DNA of 64,000 nucleotides from an uncultured bacterium (GCA_903870275.1 CAIQCK010000121.1:192461-256460); one strand, 5' to 3'; shown: positions 27,730-37,180, numbered from the stretch's first letter. The notes: generated by a model from the sequence alone, not told the origin. Made by a program: numbers and translations.

Positions 27730-30700
27730 TCACTTTTCAAACTCGACGATCAGTTCCGGGCCTTTGCCGCTTTCGCGGGCGAAGTAGTTCACGCCGTCGG
27801 TGCTCACGGGGTCAATGGCGAGACTGAGTGTCTTCATGCCGTCGAACGAAAGATGTTTCAGCGGCACTTCGACGATCTGGTTGGAGTTGACGCGGCCGAT
27901 GTTGGCCAGCACCGTGCCGGGGGCGGGGCGGTTGGCGTAGGTGATGTCGTCTTCGCGCCACGGCTCGGTGACGAGGCAGATGTTGCCGCCGTTGACGGAT
28001 TCGTTGCCGGCGTTGATGAGGCGCAGCTTGGCGGAAACTGGTTTGCCGGGAACAGCGAGCGAGAACTTCAGGTAGGCGACCTGGTGGTGATCGTCGCCCA
28101 TCTTCTTGTCGCCGCCGTCCACCAGCAGCACGGGCACTTTGCCGTAGTTGGCGGTGGGCGCGAGCCGGATCACGTGGGCATCGGCAATCGCTTTGAAGAC
28201 CATGCGGTCGCCGCGGCCCAGATAATCCACCGTTATGTCGCGCGCGACCTCGACTGCGCCGTCGCGCCGGAGGAGTTGGACGCGGGCGGTGTATTGCGAC
28301 GACTGCGGTTTTCCGGCGACGGCAAACTTGCACTCGACTTCCGCTTTCTGGCCGACCAGCAGATTGATAGGCGTCTCGGCCGGCGTCACGGTGAAACCTT
28401 TCGGCGCGGCAATCCGCAGCGTGCCGGCGAAGTCACTGTCGGTCTGGTTCGAGAGTTGAAGCGTCGCGGTTTGTTCGGGTTTCGCGTTGTTCAACAAAAC
28501 CGGCGGCACGGTGACGGCCACGCCCAGCATCCGCTCGCGCAACACTTCCACCGTCTGGAGAATGGGCGCCTGCTCCGGCGCGGGCTGGCGCGTTTTTGGC
28601 ACGAACTCAATGAGCAGGCTGTCGTCAACTTCCACGCCGCTGAACTCCTTGACGAGGGCCTTGCGCAGTCCGCCGGCTTCCTTGACGACGTCGAAATCCT
28701 TGAGCGCGACTTTCTTCTGGAGCTTCACATCGAAGACGCGCTGGCCGGGCTTGGCGTCGTCCATCTCCGCGAAGCCGAGGCGGACAGTATAGCGGCCCGT
28801 GCCGTCGCCGGGATTCAGCAGCGGGATGTCGCAGGAAGCGATGCCGCGGCAGCCGAACGTGTAGAGCCACGGGCTGCGCGTGCCCTCGATGCGGACGAAA
28901 TCGGCGCTTTGAGCGAGATATTTGCCGATGCCTGGTTGCAGGGTTATACCGAGTTTGAATTGCAGCACCAAGCTGGGCGTTGCCGGCGCGGGACGCGGGT
29001 AGGCGAGCCAGAGTGTGCCGGCGTCATCGCGGCGGTCGCCCGGCGCGCCGAGGTTCAGGGCGAGATGTTTCACCGGCTTGGTGTCGCCCGCGAGACTGTA
29101 TTTGCCCCATGCGCGGTTTTCCTCGCGCGGCGCGAGCACCGTCGTGCAGACGATCGGGAACGGGCACATGCAACCGGAGCTGGCTTCGGGCATCATGACG
29201 AGGCCGTTGGCGGCGATGAAGTTGATCCAGCAACCGGGCCGCTGGCCGCCAAAGGTGGTCGTGCCGGAGTCGCCGATGAGATCGTAATAGCCGAGGTAGT
29301 AGGAGCGGAACAACATGACGTTGGCGCAGGCCGCCGGCGTGCCGCAGTGATGGCCGGGCCGCGCGAACTGCCACGGCTCGGTGCGGCCGGTGATGGGGTT
29401 GACGCGCGTGCGCTGCTCGCCGGTCTTGAGGTCGAACGCCCACGGCTCGGCGTGGAACGTGTCGCCGATGATGAGCGGGCGGACGCGGTAGGCGATGTTC
29501 TTCGACCAGAGCGGCGAGCCGTCGCTGGCGGCGAGCGCGATCACGCGGCGCTTGTCAAACTGGTTGGCGAAAAATTCCTTCCAGAAATGGCCGTCGGTAT
29601 AGACGCCGAAGAACACCAGCACGCCGTCGTGGACCATGCTGCCGAGCGTGCCCCAATGCGTGCCGCCGACGCAGCCGGTGAGGTCCATTTGTTTATTCCA
29701 GACCGTCCGGCCCGTCGCCAGATCGAGCGCCGTGACGCCGCGCATCGGCGACGGCCGCGCTGGTTTGATCACGCCGGGCGCGGATTTGGGGCCGCCGTCG
29801 GCGAAAAACACGCGGCCTCCGCCGATGGAGATGGTCGCGTCCTGAATGCCGCCGCCATACGTCCAACGGATGCGGCTGGTCGCCGTGTCGAAAGCGAACA
29901 GGATGTCGGAAACATTATTGGTCCGGCTGCCGCTGCCGACGAGGAGGCCGTCGGCGACGGCGACATAGCGCCAGGAGCGCGGCTTGCCGTCGGTGACCTT
30001 CGGCAACGCGTAGGTGGCCTTGATCGCGCCGGTGGCGATGTCGAGGCGCAGGCACTTGTTCGTCGTGGCGACATAGAAACTGCTCTCGTCCGCCGCGAGA
30101 TTGCTGGATTCGTCCGAGGTCCCCGCGCGGATGACGTTGGGAATTTTCCGGTCCCACAGTTTCAGTCCATTGTAAGCGTCGTAGGCGTTGACCGCGTTTT
30201 CGCCCTCAACGAGCATGACGCCGTTGACCGACAGCGGCGCGGCGGCGCGGCGATGCCGGCTGATCATTTGGAGCGGGCCGGGATCGCCGAACCAAAGCAA
30301 ACCGAGCGGGCACTTCACGAGCTTGTCGTCGCCGCAGGTGGTGTTGGCGGCGTCGGCATATTCGTGCGTCCACGCGCCCGCGCCGGGCAACGGCCCGCGT
30401 TTGAGCATGGCCCACGCGCCGTCCGTCTCCGTCACCTCCACGCCGGGAACGCCGCCGCTGGCGAACCACGCCCGCAATCCGGCCGGCGTGAGAGTGGGGA
30501 TGTCGCCCTTCGCCTCGGCGGGCTGGCCGAGCATGGCGACGCCGCCGCACGGTTTGAGGACGCGGAGGATTTCCTTCGCGGAACAATCGTTGAGCCGGCC
30601 GAGCAACGCGGTTTCGGAGACGATGAGGTTGGCAAAATAGGACGCATACGGCAGGTGATCCAGCGCGCCCTGGTCTACGGTGACGCGCGTGCCGTAAACA

Positions 30701-32574
30701 CCCGCGGCGTCGAGCGCCTTCCGCGCAGCGGCGACTTTTTGCGCGTCGGGCTCAATGCCGATGATCCTCAGCTCCGTGTGTTTGGCGAGTTCCAGCGCGA
30801 GCCGGCCGGTCTCGCAACCGAGCACGAGACAGAAACCGCGTTTGACGCCCGATTCGCGCGCGATGGTCCTCGCGCCGGCGGCGCAGACGGCGGTGATCCT
30901 GTCCTGCGGATAAGGCGACGTGTTCGTGGGCTCGGCGACGGCCACGGCGGGCTTGACCGCGCCCGGCGCGAAACAATAAATCGCCCCGGTGTCCGTGCTC
31001 ACGTAGAGCCGGCCGCCGGCGACGGTGAGACCCTTGGCTTTGCCGCTGACCTTCGCTTCCCAGAGTTTGATGCCGGTGTCCGCGTTGACGGCCATCACGT
31101 GGCTTGGGCCGCCGGCAAACAAAACCTCGCCCGCGAGAATCAGCGCGTCGGAGCAGTCGCACGGCAGGCGCCATTTCACGCACGACTTCATCTCCGCGTC
31201 GGCCTGCGCCAACTGTTTATCCATGCCTTGCAGCCGCTTCTCGACGCCGTCCAGTTTTTTGTTCACCTCGTTGAGCTTGGCTTCGTCCTCCTTCAGCATC
31301 TTCCCGGTTTCGTCCCGCGTGGCTTCGAGCGCGGCGCGCTGCGGATCGTCCGCCGGCAGCGAGGCGAGCTTGGCGTTGACGCTGGCCAGGGATGACTGCG
31401 CATGCGCGATCAGAATGGTCAGGCGCTTCTGGTCCTTGCGCGATGTGCCTGACTCGGCGTTGAGCGCGACGCGCTGGGTGTGGAGGTGGAACCGCAGGAC
31501 GCTGGCCTGCGGATAAATCTCCCGCTTCAACGCCATCACCGCGTTGCTGGTGCTCAGGTAGGCAAGGCCCTCGGTCATGATGACCTTGCGCGCGGCGAAC
31601 CACGCCGCCTCCACCCGGGTGGCGCTGTCGTAGCCGATGATCTCCTCGGTGCCGGTGTAGAGCTGGTTGTCGGCCAGCAACGCAAAGGTGCCGCCGATGG
31701 GCTTGTTGCCAAAAGTGGCCGCGAAGGTCGGACCTTTGATCTTGGGGTTGGCCGGGGCGGACAACGCGACCTCATACAGGCGGTGGCCGTCCTGCCGGTC
31801 GAACGCCGAGGGCGAAACGCGGCCTTGCGGGACGAACAGATTGGTGTTGCTGGCGAGCAGGTAGCCTTGCGGCGACATGCGGCCCTCGGTGGACTCGCCG
31901 CCCGTGTCGTTGCGCCAGAGCAACTGCCCGTCGCTGGCGCGCGCCGCCTCCACATACACGCCCTCCGCCGGAAAAATCCCCGCCCCGTAATACGCCACCC
32001 CGCCGTCCACCAGCACGCCCGTCCGCACCGGCCACATGGATATCATCCGGCCGTGGCCGAGCAACCGTTGATCGCCCGGACCGGGGCGGCGCTGCCAGAT
32101 CACCCTGCCGTCGCTGGCGGCGAGGCAATACACCTGGCCGTCGTCGGAGCCGACATACACGCGGTCGTCGCACACCGTCGGCGCGAGCCGCACCGGGCCG
32201 CCGGTGAAAAACGTCCACCGCACCCGCCCGCTCGCCGCGTCGAGGCAATACACCTTGTTGTCCGCCGACGAGCCGAAGTAGAGCGCGCCGCCCGCGACCA
32301 CCGTGTGGAAGGCGTCGTCGAACCGCACCCGCGGCAATTCCAGAAAACCCTCCACCGGCACGTCGCGCGGCGGTTCCCACGCCGGCGCGGGCGCCTGGCG
32401 TGAGCGGTAAACCCACGACTCCGCGAGCGGCGTGGCGAGCTTCTCCGGCGAGATGCCGCTGCGGGCCATGTCGTGCCGGTAGGTGGGCCAGTCATCGGCG
32501 CTAGCTGCGGCCAGGGCGGCGGCGGCAAGGACCAGGACAACCGGCGTTCGTAACCGCAAAGGCAACCGTTTCAT
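27730..32574 (-). CDS. Exported PQQ-like beta-propeller / MTase-fold protein with malectin-like and DNRLRE-like C-terminal domains (paralog C)
   Basis: Signal peptide; DWPTYRHD propeller first, then coiled coil, LVLGCETG...ILRVLKPCGG MTase fold, propeller with HHC/RPGC/CMC, malectin-like YTVRLGFAE...RVFDVKLQ...DFDVVKEAGG, and ADAHV...NYG...YLKF...W.EDDITYANRP...PELIVE. Confidence 0.82.
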   Translation of the reverse strand: MKRLPLRLRTPVVLVLAAAALAAASADDWPTYRHDMARSGISPEKLATPLAESWVYRSRQAPAPAWEPPRDVPVEGFLELPRVRFDDAFHTVVAGGALYFGSSADNKVYCLDAASGRVRWTFFTGGPVRLAPTVCDDRVYVGSDDGQVYCLAASDGRVIWQRRPGPGDQRLLGHGRMISMWPVRTGVLVDGGVAYYGAGIFPAEGVYVEAARASDGQLLWRNDTGGESTEGRMSPQGYLLASNTNLFVPQGRVSPSAFDRQDGHRLYEVALSAPANPKIKGPTFAATFGNKPIGGTFALLADNQLYTGTEEIIGYDSATRVEAAWFAARKVIMTEGLAYLSTSNAVMALKREIYPQASVLRFHLHTQRVALNAESGTSRKDQKRLTILIAHAQSSLASVNAKLASLPADDPQRAALEATRDETGKMLKEDEAKLNEVNKKLDGVEKRLQGMDKQLAQADAEMKSCVKWRLPCDCSDALILAGEVLFAGGPSHVMAVNADTGIKLWEAKVSGKAKGLTVAGGRLYVSTDTGAIYCFAPGAVKPAVAVAEPTNTSPYPQDRITAVCAAGARTIARESGVKRGFCLVLGCETGRLALELAKHTELRIIGIEPDAQKVAAARKALDAAGVYGTRVTVDQGALDHLPYASYFANLIVSETALLGRLNDCSAKEILRVLKPCGGVAMLGQPAEAKGDIPTLTPAGLRAWFASGGVPGVEVTETDGAWAMLKRGPLPGAGAWTHEYADAANTTCGDDKLVKCPLGLLWFGDPGPLQMISRHRRAAAPLSVNGVMLVEGENAVNAYDAYNGLKLWDRKIPNVIRAGTSDESSNLAADESSFYVATTNKCLRLDIATGAIKATYALPKVTDGKPRSWRYVAVADGLLVGSGSRTNNVSDILFAFDTATSRIRWTYGGGIQDATISIGGGRVFFADGGPKSAPGVIKPARPSPMRGVTALDLATGRTVWNKQMDLTGCVGGTHWGTLGSMVHDGVLVFFGVYTDGHFWKEFFANQFDKRRVIALAASDGSPLWSKNIAYRVRPLIIGDTFHAEPWAFDLKTGEQRTRVNPITGRTEPWQFARPGHHCGTPAACANVMLFRSYYLGYYDLIGDSGTTTFGGQRPGCWINFIAANGLVMMPEASSGCMCPFPIVCTTVLAPREENRAWGKYSLAGDTKPVKHLALNLGAPGDRRDDAGTLWLAYPRPAPATPSLVLQFKLGITLQPGIGKYLAQSADFVRIEGTRSPWLYTFGCRGIASCDIPLLNPGDGTGRYTVRLGFAEMDDAKPGQRVFDVKLQKKVALKDFDVVKEAGGLRKALVKEFSGVEVDDSLLIEFVPKTRQPAPEQAPILQTVEVLRERMLGVAVTVPPVLLNNAKPEQTATLQLSNQTDSDFAGTLRIAAPKGFTVTPAETPINLLVGQKAEVECKFAVAGKPQSSQYTARVQLLRRDGAVEVARDITVDYLGRGDRMVFKAIADAHVIRLAPTANYGKVPVLLVDGGDKKMGDDHHQVAYLKFSLAVPGKPVSAKLRLINAGNESVNGGNICLVTEPWREDDITYANRPAPGTVLANIGRVNSNQIVEVPLKHLSFDGMKTLSLAIDPVSTDGVNYFARESGKGPELIVEFEK

Positions 32575-32581
32575 ATTCACG

Positions 32582-32629
32582 ACTCCAATACTCCGCCACT
32601 CCATCACTCCAATACTTCACCACTCCACA
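32582..32629. repeat. Six tandem degenerate 8-bp units (ACTCCAAT-like)
   Basis: actccaat actccgcc actccatc actccaat acttcacc actccaca, immediately upstream of the paralog C start codon. Confidence 0.85.
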
Positions 32630-32692
32630 TCGCAGCCCGGCCGGCGATGGCGCCCGCCATGGAGCGTCACATCCATCGTCCGGTATTGTCAT

Positions 32693-32733
32693 CGAGCGTA
32701 GGCAACGCCCGGACCGAAGGCGAGGTTGAAATG
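32693..32733 (-). promoter_or_regulatory. Putative promoter/operator of paralog C (copy 1 of a shared motif)
   Basis: Minus strand CATTTCAACCTCGCCTTC...CTACGCTCG; the 18-bp block is identical to 37130-37147. Confidence 0.6.
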
Positions 32734-32757
32734 CCTGTCGCCAAAGCCTGCCGGATT

Positions 32758-32837
32758 TCAACGCGGAGGCGCAGAGGACGCAGAGGTTCTGCAAGAGCCT
32801 TTGCGCTTCTCGGCGTTCTCTGCGTCTCTGCGGTTGA
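32758..32837. repeat. Palindromic element built of ~9-bp units (CGCAGAGGA / CTCTGCG)
   Basis: tcaacgcggaggcgcagaggacgcagag ... ctcggcgttctctgcgtctctgcggttga. Confidence 0.8.
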
Positions 32838-32871
32838 CTCCGTCTCCATCCGGCTGGCCACGCGCGGTTGC

Positions 32872-33375
32872 TTAGGATTCCGAAAGGGGGATGAACTGCC
32901 GGTTCTCGTGCCACGGTTTGTTCGCCAGCTCCGCGAGCATTTCTTCTGCCAGCGACGTGACAAACTCCGTCGTTGTTGATGCCGCCGCGCCAGCAGCCGC
33001 ATCGCGTTGGTCAAACAGTTCGTCCACCCGCCTCAACAAGTCGGGCAGTTGATTGGTCTTGGAGAAGTAACCATCCGCTCCCACCATGAAACCTTCGACT
33101 CTGTAACTGGCCGGGTCCAGCGCCGACATGATCCAGATCGGCACATGCCCCATGGCCGGGTTGCCCCGAATGGAACGGCAGACTTCCAAGCCCGGCATTT
33201 TCGGCAGCATCAGGTCCAGCACGATCAAGTCCGGGCGGCAACGGGAAGCTTGATCCAGCCCGCTCTCGCCATCGGCGGCGATGACCGTTTCATGTCCTTT
33301 TTGTTGCAGGCGATACTTTAAGATCGCCGCGAAGTCCTGTTCATCCTCGATGATGAGCACCCGCTTCCGTCCCAT
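32872..33375 (-). CDS. Response regulator, single receiver domain with C-terminal tail
   Basis: VLIIEDE, PDLIVLDLMLPKMPGLEV, MSA, GADGYFSK; no recognisable output domain. Confidence 0.88.
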   Translation of the reverse strand: MGRKRVLIIEDEQDFAAILKYRLQQKGHETVIAADGESGLDQASRCRPDLIVLDLMLPKMPGLEVCRSIRGNPAMGHVPIWIMSALDPASYRVEGFMVGADGYFSKTNQLPDLLRRVDELFDQRDAAAGAAASTTTEFVTSLAEEMLAELANKPWHENRQFIPLSES

Positions 33376-33460
33376 GTCTTGGCCTAGTCCATTCATGCCG
33401 CGAATCAAACACGGATTCGTAACGAGACGGCGGCGTTTGAGTGACAAGTGGGTAAAAAGC

Positions 33461-33873
33461 AGGTAGGGACGGCGCGCTGCGCCGTCCGCGCATGGTTCGC
33501 CGATGACAACAACCTTCGCCCCTACCTTTTCAGCCAGAATCCCAACGGGATTCTAGCACTCAGCCCAGGGTTGCGAGGTTGCGGCAACTTTGGGCTGAGT
33601 GATGTTGCCCCGTTGGGGCAAATGCGGCGACTCGCGGCGTTTGCTGTAGCGGCGGTCTCTGCCCCCGAAAGCTTTCGGGGCTGACCGCCGGATAACTGGG
33701 AGGGGCGACATTCTTGTCGCCCGATGATGATTCGGCGACAGGAATGTCGCCGCTCCCAGTTCATTACGATTTGATTTCGGTGGTAGGGCGCGACCGTCGG
33801 GCGCGCCGCATCGTTGTTTCGGCCGGCCCAGCGGTCCGGCCCTACCTTTCGGCGGTCAGAGACCGCCGCTACA
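33461..33873. repeat. Cluster of REP/REPIN-like palindromes, partly nested
   Basis: aggtaggg...ccctacct (33461-33527); cactcagccca...tgggctgagtg (~33538-33622); tgtagcggcggtctctg... / cggcggtcagagaccgccgctaca (33645-33873) enclosing 33694-33761 and 33782-33846. Confidence 0.85.
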
Positions 33874-33920
33874 GGGCGCGATCCATCGTTTCAGAAACGA
33901 TCCTCAAAACACGGAGGAAT

Positions 33921-36900
33921 TTATTCTGACTTGCCGAAGCAGAGGGCCTTGCCGTTTTGCAGGGTGAGAAAGACGTGCTGGCCGGCGAGCGCGAGGCTGT
34001 CATAGACCGGTGGCATTTCCAGCGGATACTCCGCCACGATCCGGCCGTCTTTGGTCGAAAGCAGCGCGAGAAATCCGCTGACGGCGCCGGCGTCGCACAC
34101 GGTTCCCGCCACGACCACTGCGTTGTCGCACAACGACATCGCCTCGGCCTGGTGATTGGCCGGCATCGCCTGCCGCCACGCGTAATCTTCCCGCGCCAGC
34201 TTCCCGGCACCCGCGGTCTTCGCGCGCTCCATGGCGTAGCACGAGCGCGACTTGCTCTCATAGCCAAAGACGGTGTTCCCGTTCCAACAGAAGATTTCCG
34301 CGGTGGCGCGGCCGAACTTTTGCCCGCCGGATCGGCGTGTGCCCATGCGGGTCCACGAGCCGTCCATCAACGCTTCCAGCGGCGCGTCGCGCTCGCCCTT
34401 GGCCGCGACATCGCCCTCGCCGGTCTTGGGGTCGAATTGAAGATGATGGAGTTTGATGCTTCCGTCGCGCGCGACGAGCAGATCGTTTTCGCGGACGGGG
34501 CCGGGACCGACCTCCCTGGCCCAGAGCTGCCGGCCGCTGGCGGGATCGAGCGCGCAGACGGCCAGGCCGCCGTCGGTTTCCGACGAACGGCCGGCCGACG
34601 CGTAGAGCACGCCCTCGTGGACCAGCACCGATCCGGGCACCGGCCAGACGGACTCCATCGCGCCGAACGCCACCATGCGGCGCTCCCAAGGCGCGATGCG
34701 CGCGCGCCACGCCAGTTGGCCGTCGCGGGCGCGAAGCGCGTAAACCCATCCGTCGTGCGAGCCGATCAGGCAGAGGTCGCCGTGGATCGTGGGCGGCGAA
34801 TCGAGCCGCCCGCCCACCGTGGCGCGCCAGAGCGGCTTGCCGGTGGCGGCGTTGAGCGCGACGACTTGAGCGGTGTCCGTGGCGGCTGCGAAAACCATTC
34901 CGTTGGCGACGACGGGCGCGCTGAGGCAGGAGGTGAGCTGCGCCTGCCACGCCGCCGCGAGCGGACCGGTGGGAGGACGAGCGGCTTCGCGCTGCCAGAG
35001 GAGTTTGAGTTTTTCAGGGATCGCGCTCTGGGTGGCGCCGCTGCGTTCGCCGTCGTGGCGGTAGAGGGGCCAGTCTACTGAATTTTGGATTTTAGATTTT
35101 GGATTTTGGATTTCGGAATTAGAAGTTGGGAGTTGGGGGGTGGAATTTTGGATTTGCTTCGCAGGTCTCGCAGACTCGGCTTTGGATTTTAGATTTTGGA
35201 TTTCGGATGTTGGCGATTGGCGATTGGAGATTTGAGATTTGGAATCTGGAATTTGAAATTTCGCACCGAAGGCGGGGCCGGGCTCGATGGGACGCGGCTT
35301 TTCAAATTCGCCGGCCGCGGGCGGGTCGCCGCTGGGGCCGAACGCAACGAAGCCCGGCACCTGGCCCGGCGCGCACCGGCAGAAGTTCTGGCCGGTGAAA
35401 AACATGCCGAGCGCCGGGGTCGCGCCTTCGATGCAAGCGCCGCGGGCCGCGGCATAACTGATATGCGTGGCGCTGCCCTTGAACGTCGCGCCCTCCGGCG
35501 ATGGCGCCAGCTCCAGGTAGGAGCAGCCGCGGCTGGCGGTGACGTAGTTGCCGACGACGGCGGCCGGCGTGCACATCGGCGAGTCCATGGAGACCGGCAA
35601 CAGGCCTTTCACCTCGCCCGTCCTGGGATCGTATTTTTTGCTTTCGTGCCAGAGCAGGCCGTCCACCAGCGGCGTCCAGAATCGGCCGGCCGGTTTGATC
35701 TCCCACAACACCTTGCCGTCGGCGGCGGAGAGGATGGAGATCGTCTTCGCCTTGGGCCGGGCGACGGAGAGCATGCCGAGACCCGCGCAGTTGAGATTCA
35801 TCGGCGTCGCCGGCTCGAACTGCGTGTGCTCGACGCGCCATCGCTCGCGGCCGGTTTGCAAATCCACCGCGACGATCCGCTGGCCGGTCGGCGGGTTGCC
35901 CGATTGCAGCAGCAGATAAACGACGCCGTCGGCGGTGACCATCTCCTGCGCCGGCACCGGCAGGGACCATTTCGCCGCGCCGCTGGCCGCGTCGAAGGCT
36001 TCGATCGCGCCCGCCGCGCCGGTCTTGTTCACCCACGGCGCCCAGATGACGCCGCGCTCGAACTGCTTGAGTTCCTCCTTCGCTTCCCAGCCGGAAGAGA
36101 TCAGCACGTTCTGCGAGAGGAGCAGGCGGACGGTCTGGTATTTCACCGGGCAACTGACCGCGACCGCGCCGCTGGCGGCGTCGAGTCCGACGAGGCGGTC
36201 CTTTTTGTAAACATAAACGCGGCGGTCGTCGGCGACGATGGGGGCGAGGTTGAAGGCGTTGAGGGCCTGGCCGTTGTCGAGCGTCTCGCAGTTCAGTTTC
36301 CAGAGCGGCAGGCCGTTGAACGCGTCGCGCGCGGTGACGTATTGCTCCTGCTTGTGTTTGGCGAACGACGCCGGCGCGAGGTTTTCTAGCTCCGTGGTGC
36401 TGAGCGTGAAACAGCGGCCGTTGGCGATGACCCAGCCGCGGCAGGCGGCCCACATGTTGAAGTTCATCGGCAGCCCGTCCTGCCAGCGGAGGCCGGAGGG
36501 AAACTTCACGACGCGGTCGGCCGAGACGCGGTTGCCGTCGGCGCTGTGCGCCGGTTGCGGCCAGTCGTCCATTTCCGGCGGACGCGGCTTGACCGAGCGG
36601 GTCCATCGGCCGGCCTTGCGGACGCAGATCGCGCCGCCGGGCGCGACGATGCGCTCGACCTCCGCGGTCGTCAGGCCTTGCGCGCTCAGGGCGGGCCAGT
36701 CCTCGATCACCACGAGATTGGCGAGGTCGCGGAGGTAAGGAAGGTGAACTAAAGGCATCTTCTCTACCATCGCTTTTCCGGCGATCCCCCTCGTCTCGAT
36801 GGCTTTGCGCGCGCGATCGAGCGCGGCGTCGTCGAGCGCCAGCCCGTGCACGAGGAGGTTGCTGTCGGCGGCGAGGTCGGCGGTGAGGGCTGGGTTGTTC

Positions 36901-37067
36901 TTGGAGCCGCAGCCGAGATGAACACAGAGGCCGATCTTGACGCCCGCGACTTCGAGGATTTGGTCCGCTTGCGTTTTGGCGGGCGCAGCGTTGGCATTGA
37001 GAGTCCACGCGAGAATCAGTCCAATGACGGACAGCAGTGACAGGAATTTTTGAGTCATGCGCATCAT
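33921..37067 (-). CDS. Exported SAM-methyltransferase-fold + PQQ-like beta-propeller repeat protein (paralog D)
   Basis: Signal peptide; CVHLGCG...VHGLALD...IVAPGG; ARDAFNGLPLW; PMC/RGAC/CRC; DWPLYRHD second propeller; ~60-aa low-complexity linker. Confidence 0.83.
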   Translation of the reverse strand: MMRMTQKFLSLLSVIGLILAWTLNANAAPAKTQADQILEVAGVKIGLCVHLGCGSKNNPALTADLAADSNLLVHGLALDDAALDRARKAIETRGIAGKAMVEKMPLVHLPYLRDLANLVVIEDWPALSAQGLTTAEVERIVAPGGAICVRKAGRWTRSVKPRPPEMDDWPQPAHSADGNRVSADRVVKFPSGLRWQDGLPMNFNMWAACRGWVIANGRCFTLSTTELENLAPASFAKHKQEQYVTARDAFNGLPLWKLNCETLDNGQALNAFNLAPIVADDRRVYVYKKDRLVGLDAASGAVAVSCPVKYQTVRLLLSQNVLISSGWEAKEELKQFERGVIWAPWVNKTGAAGAIEAFDAASGAAKWSLPVPAQEMVTADGVVYLLLQSGNPPTGQRIVAVDLQTGRERWRVEHTQFEPATPMNLNCAGLGMLSVARPKAKTISILSAADGKVLWEIKPAGRFWTPLVDGLLWHESKKYDPRTGEVKGLLPVSMDSPMCTPAAVVGNYVTASRGCSYLELAPSPEGATFKGSATHISYAAARGACIEGATPALGMFFTGQNFCRCAPGQVPGFVAFGPSGDPPAAGEFEKPRPIEPGPAFGAKFQIPDSKSQISNRQSPTSEIQNLKSKAESARPAKQIQNSTPQLPTSNSEIQNPKSKIQNSVDWPLYRHDGERSGATQSAIPEKLKLLWQREAARPPTGPLAAAWQAQLTSCLSAPVVANGMVFAAATDTAQVVALNAATGKPLWRATVGGRLDSPPTIHGDLCLIGSHDGWVYALRARDGQLAWRARIAPWERRMVAFGAMESVWPVPGSVLVHEGVLYASAGRSSETDGGLAVCALDPASGRQLWAREVGPGPVRENDLLVARDGSIKLHHLQFDPKTGEGDVAAKGERDAPLEALMDGSWTRMGTRRSGGQKFGRATAEIFCWNGNTVFGYESKSRSCYAMERAKTAGAGKLAREDYAWRQAMPANHQAEAMSLCDNAVVVAGTVCDAGAVSGFLALLSTKDGRIVAEYPLEMPPVYDSLALAGQHVFLTLQNGKALCFGKSE
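35081..35262 (-). repeat. In-frame array of degenerate 7-bp tandem repeats (AATCCAA family)
   Basis: Plus strand ttttggattttagattttggattttggatttcgg...ttggcgattggcgattggagatttgagatttgg; encodes FQIPDSKSQISNRQ...EIQNPKSKIQNS. Confidence 0.9.
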
Positions 37068-37107
37068 GTTCTCCGCTGAAGTTGTTTCCAAGATCCAGTT
37101 TCGGCGG

Positions 37108-37147
37108 CGAGCGTAGCAGCGCGCGGATGGAAGGCGAGGTTGAAATG
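37108..37147 (-). promoter_or_regulatory. Putative promoter/operator of paralog D (copy 2 of a shared motif)
   Basis: Minus strand CATTTCAACCTCGCCTTC...TGCTACGCTCG, about 40 bp upstream of the start codon. Confidence 0.6.
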
Positions 37148-37180
37148 GCCGACAGTGCACCCGTTTACGACCGCACCGAA

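Noticed and set aside
27853-31395. Long antisense or alternate-frame ORFs (this 1180-aa ORF; also 11032-13926, 40066-42780, 61236-63926 and others)
   Set aside because: Shadow ORFs of GC-rich genes with no recognisable motifs, overlapping well-supported CDSs.
32667-33014. Small ORFs across 32500-33014 and 33448-34005
   Set aside because: Their translations (e.g. TAETQRTPR, VGTARCAVR) are read-throughs of the palindromic repeats, not credible proteins.
33461-33873. CRISPR array
   Set aside because: The repeats are inverted, heterogeneous and nested, not direct repeats with unique spacers; no cas genes. The same applies to 52311-52676 and the heptamer tracts.
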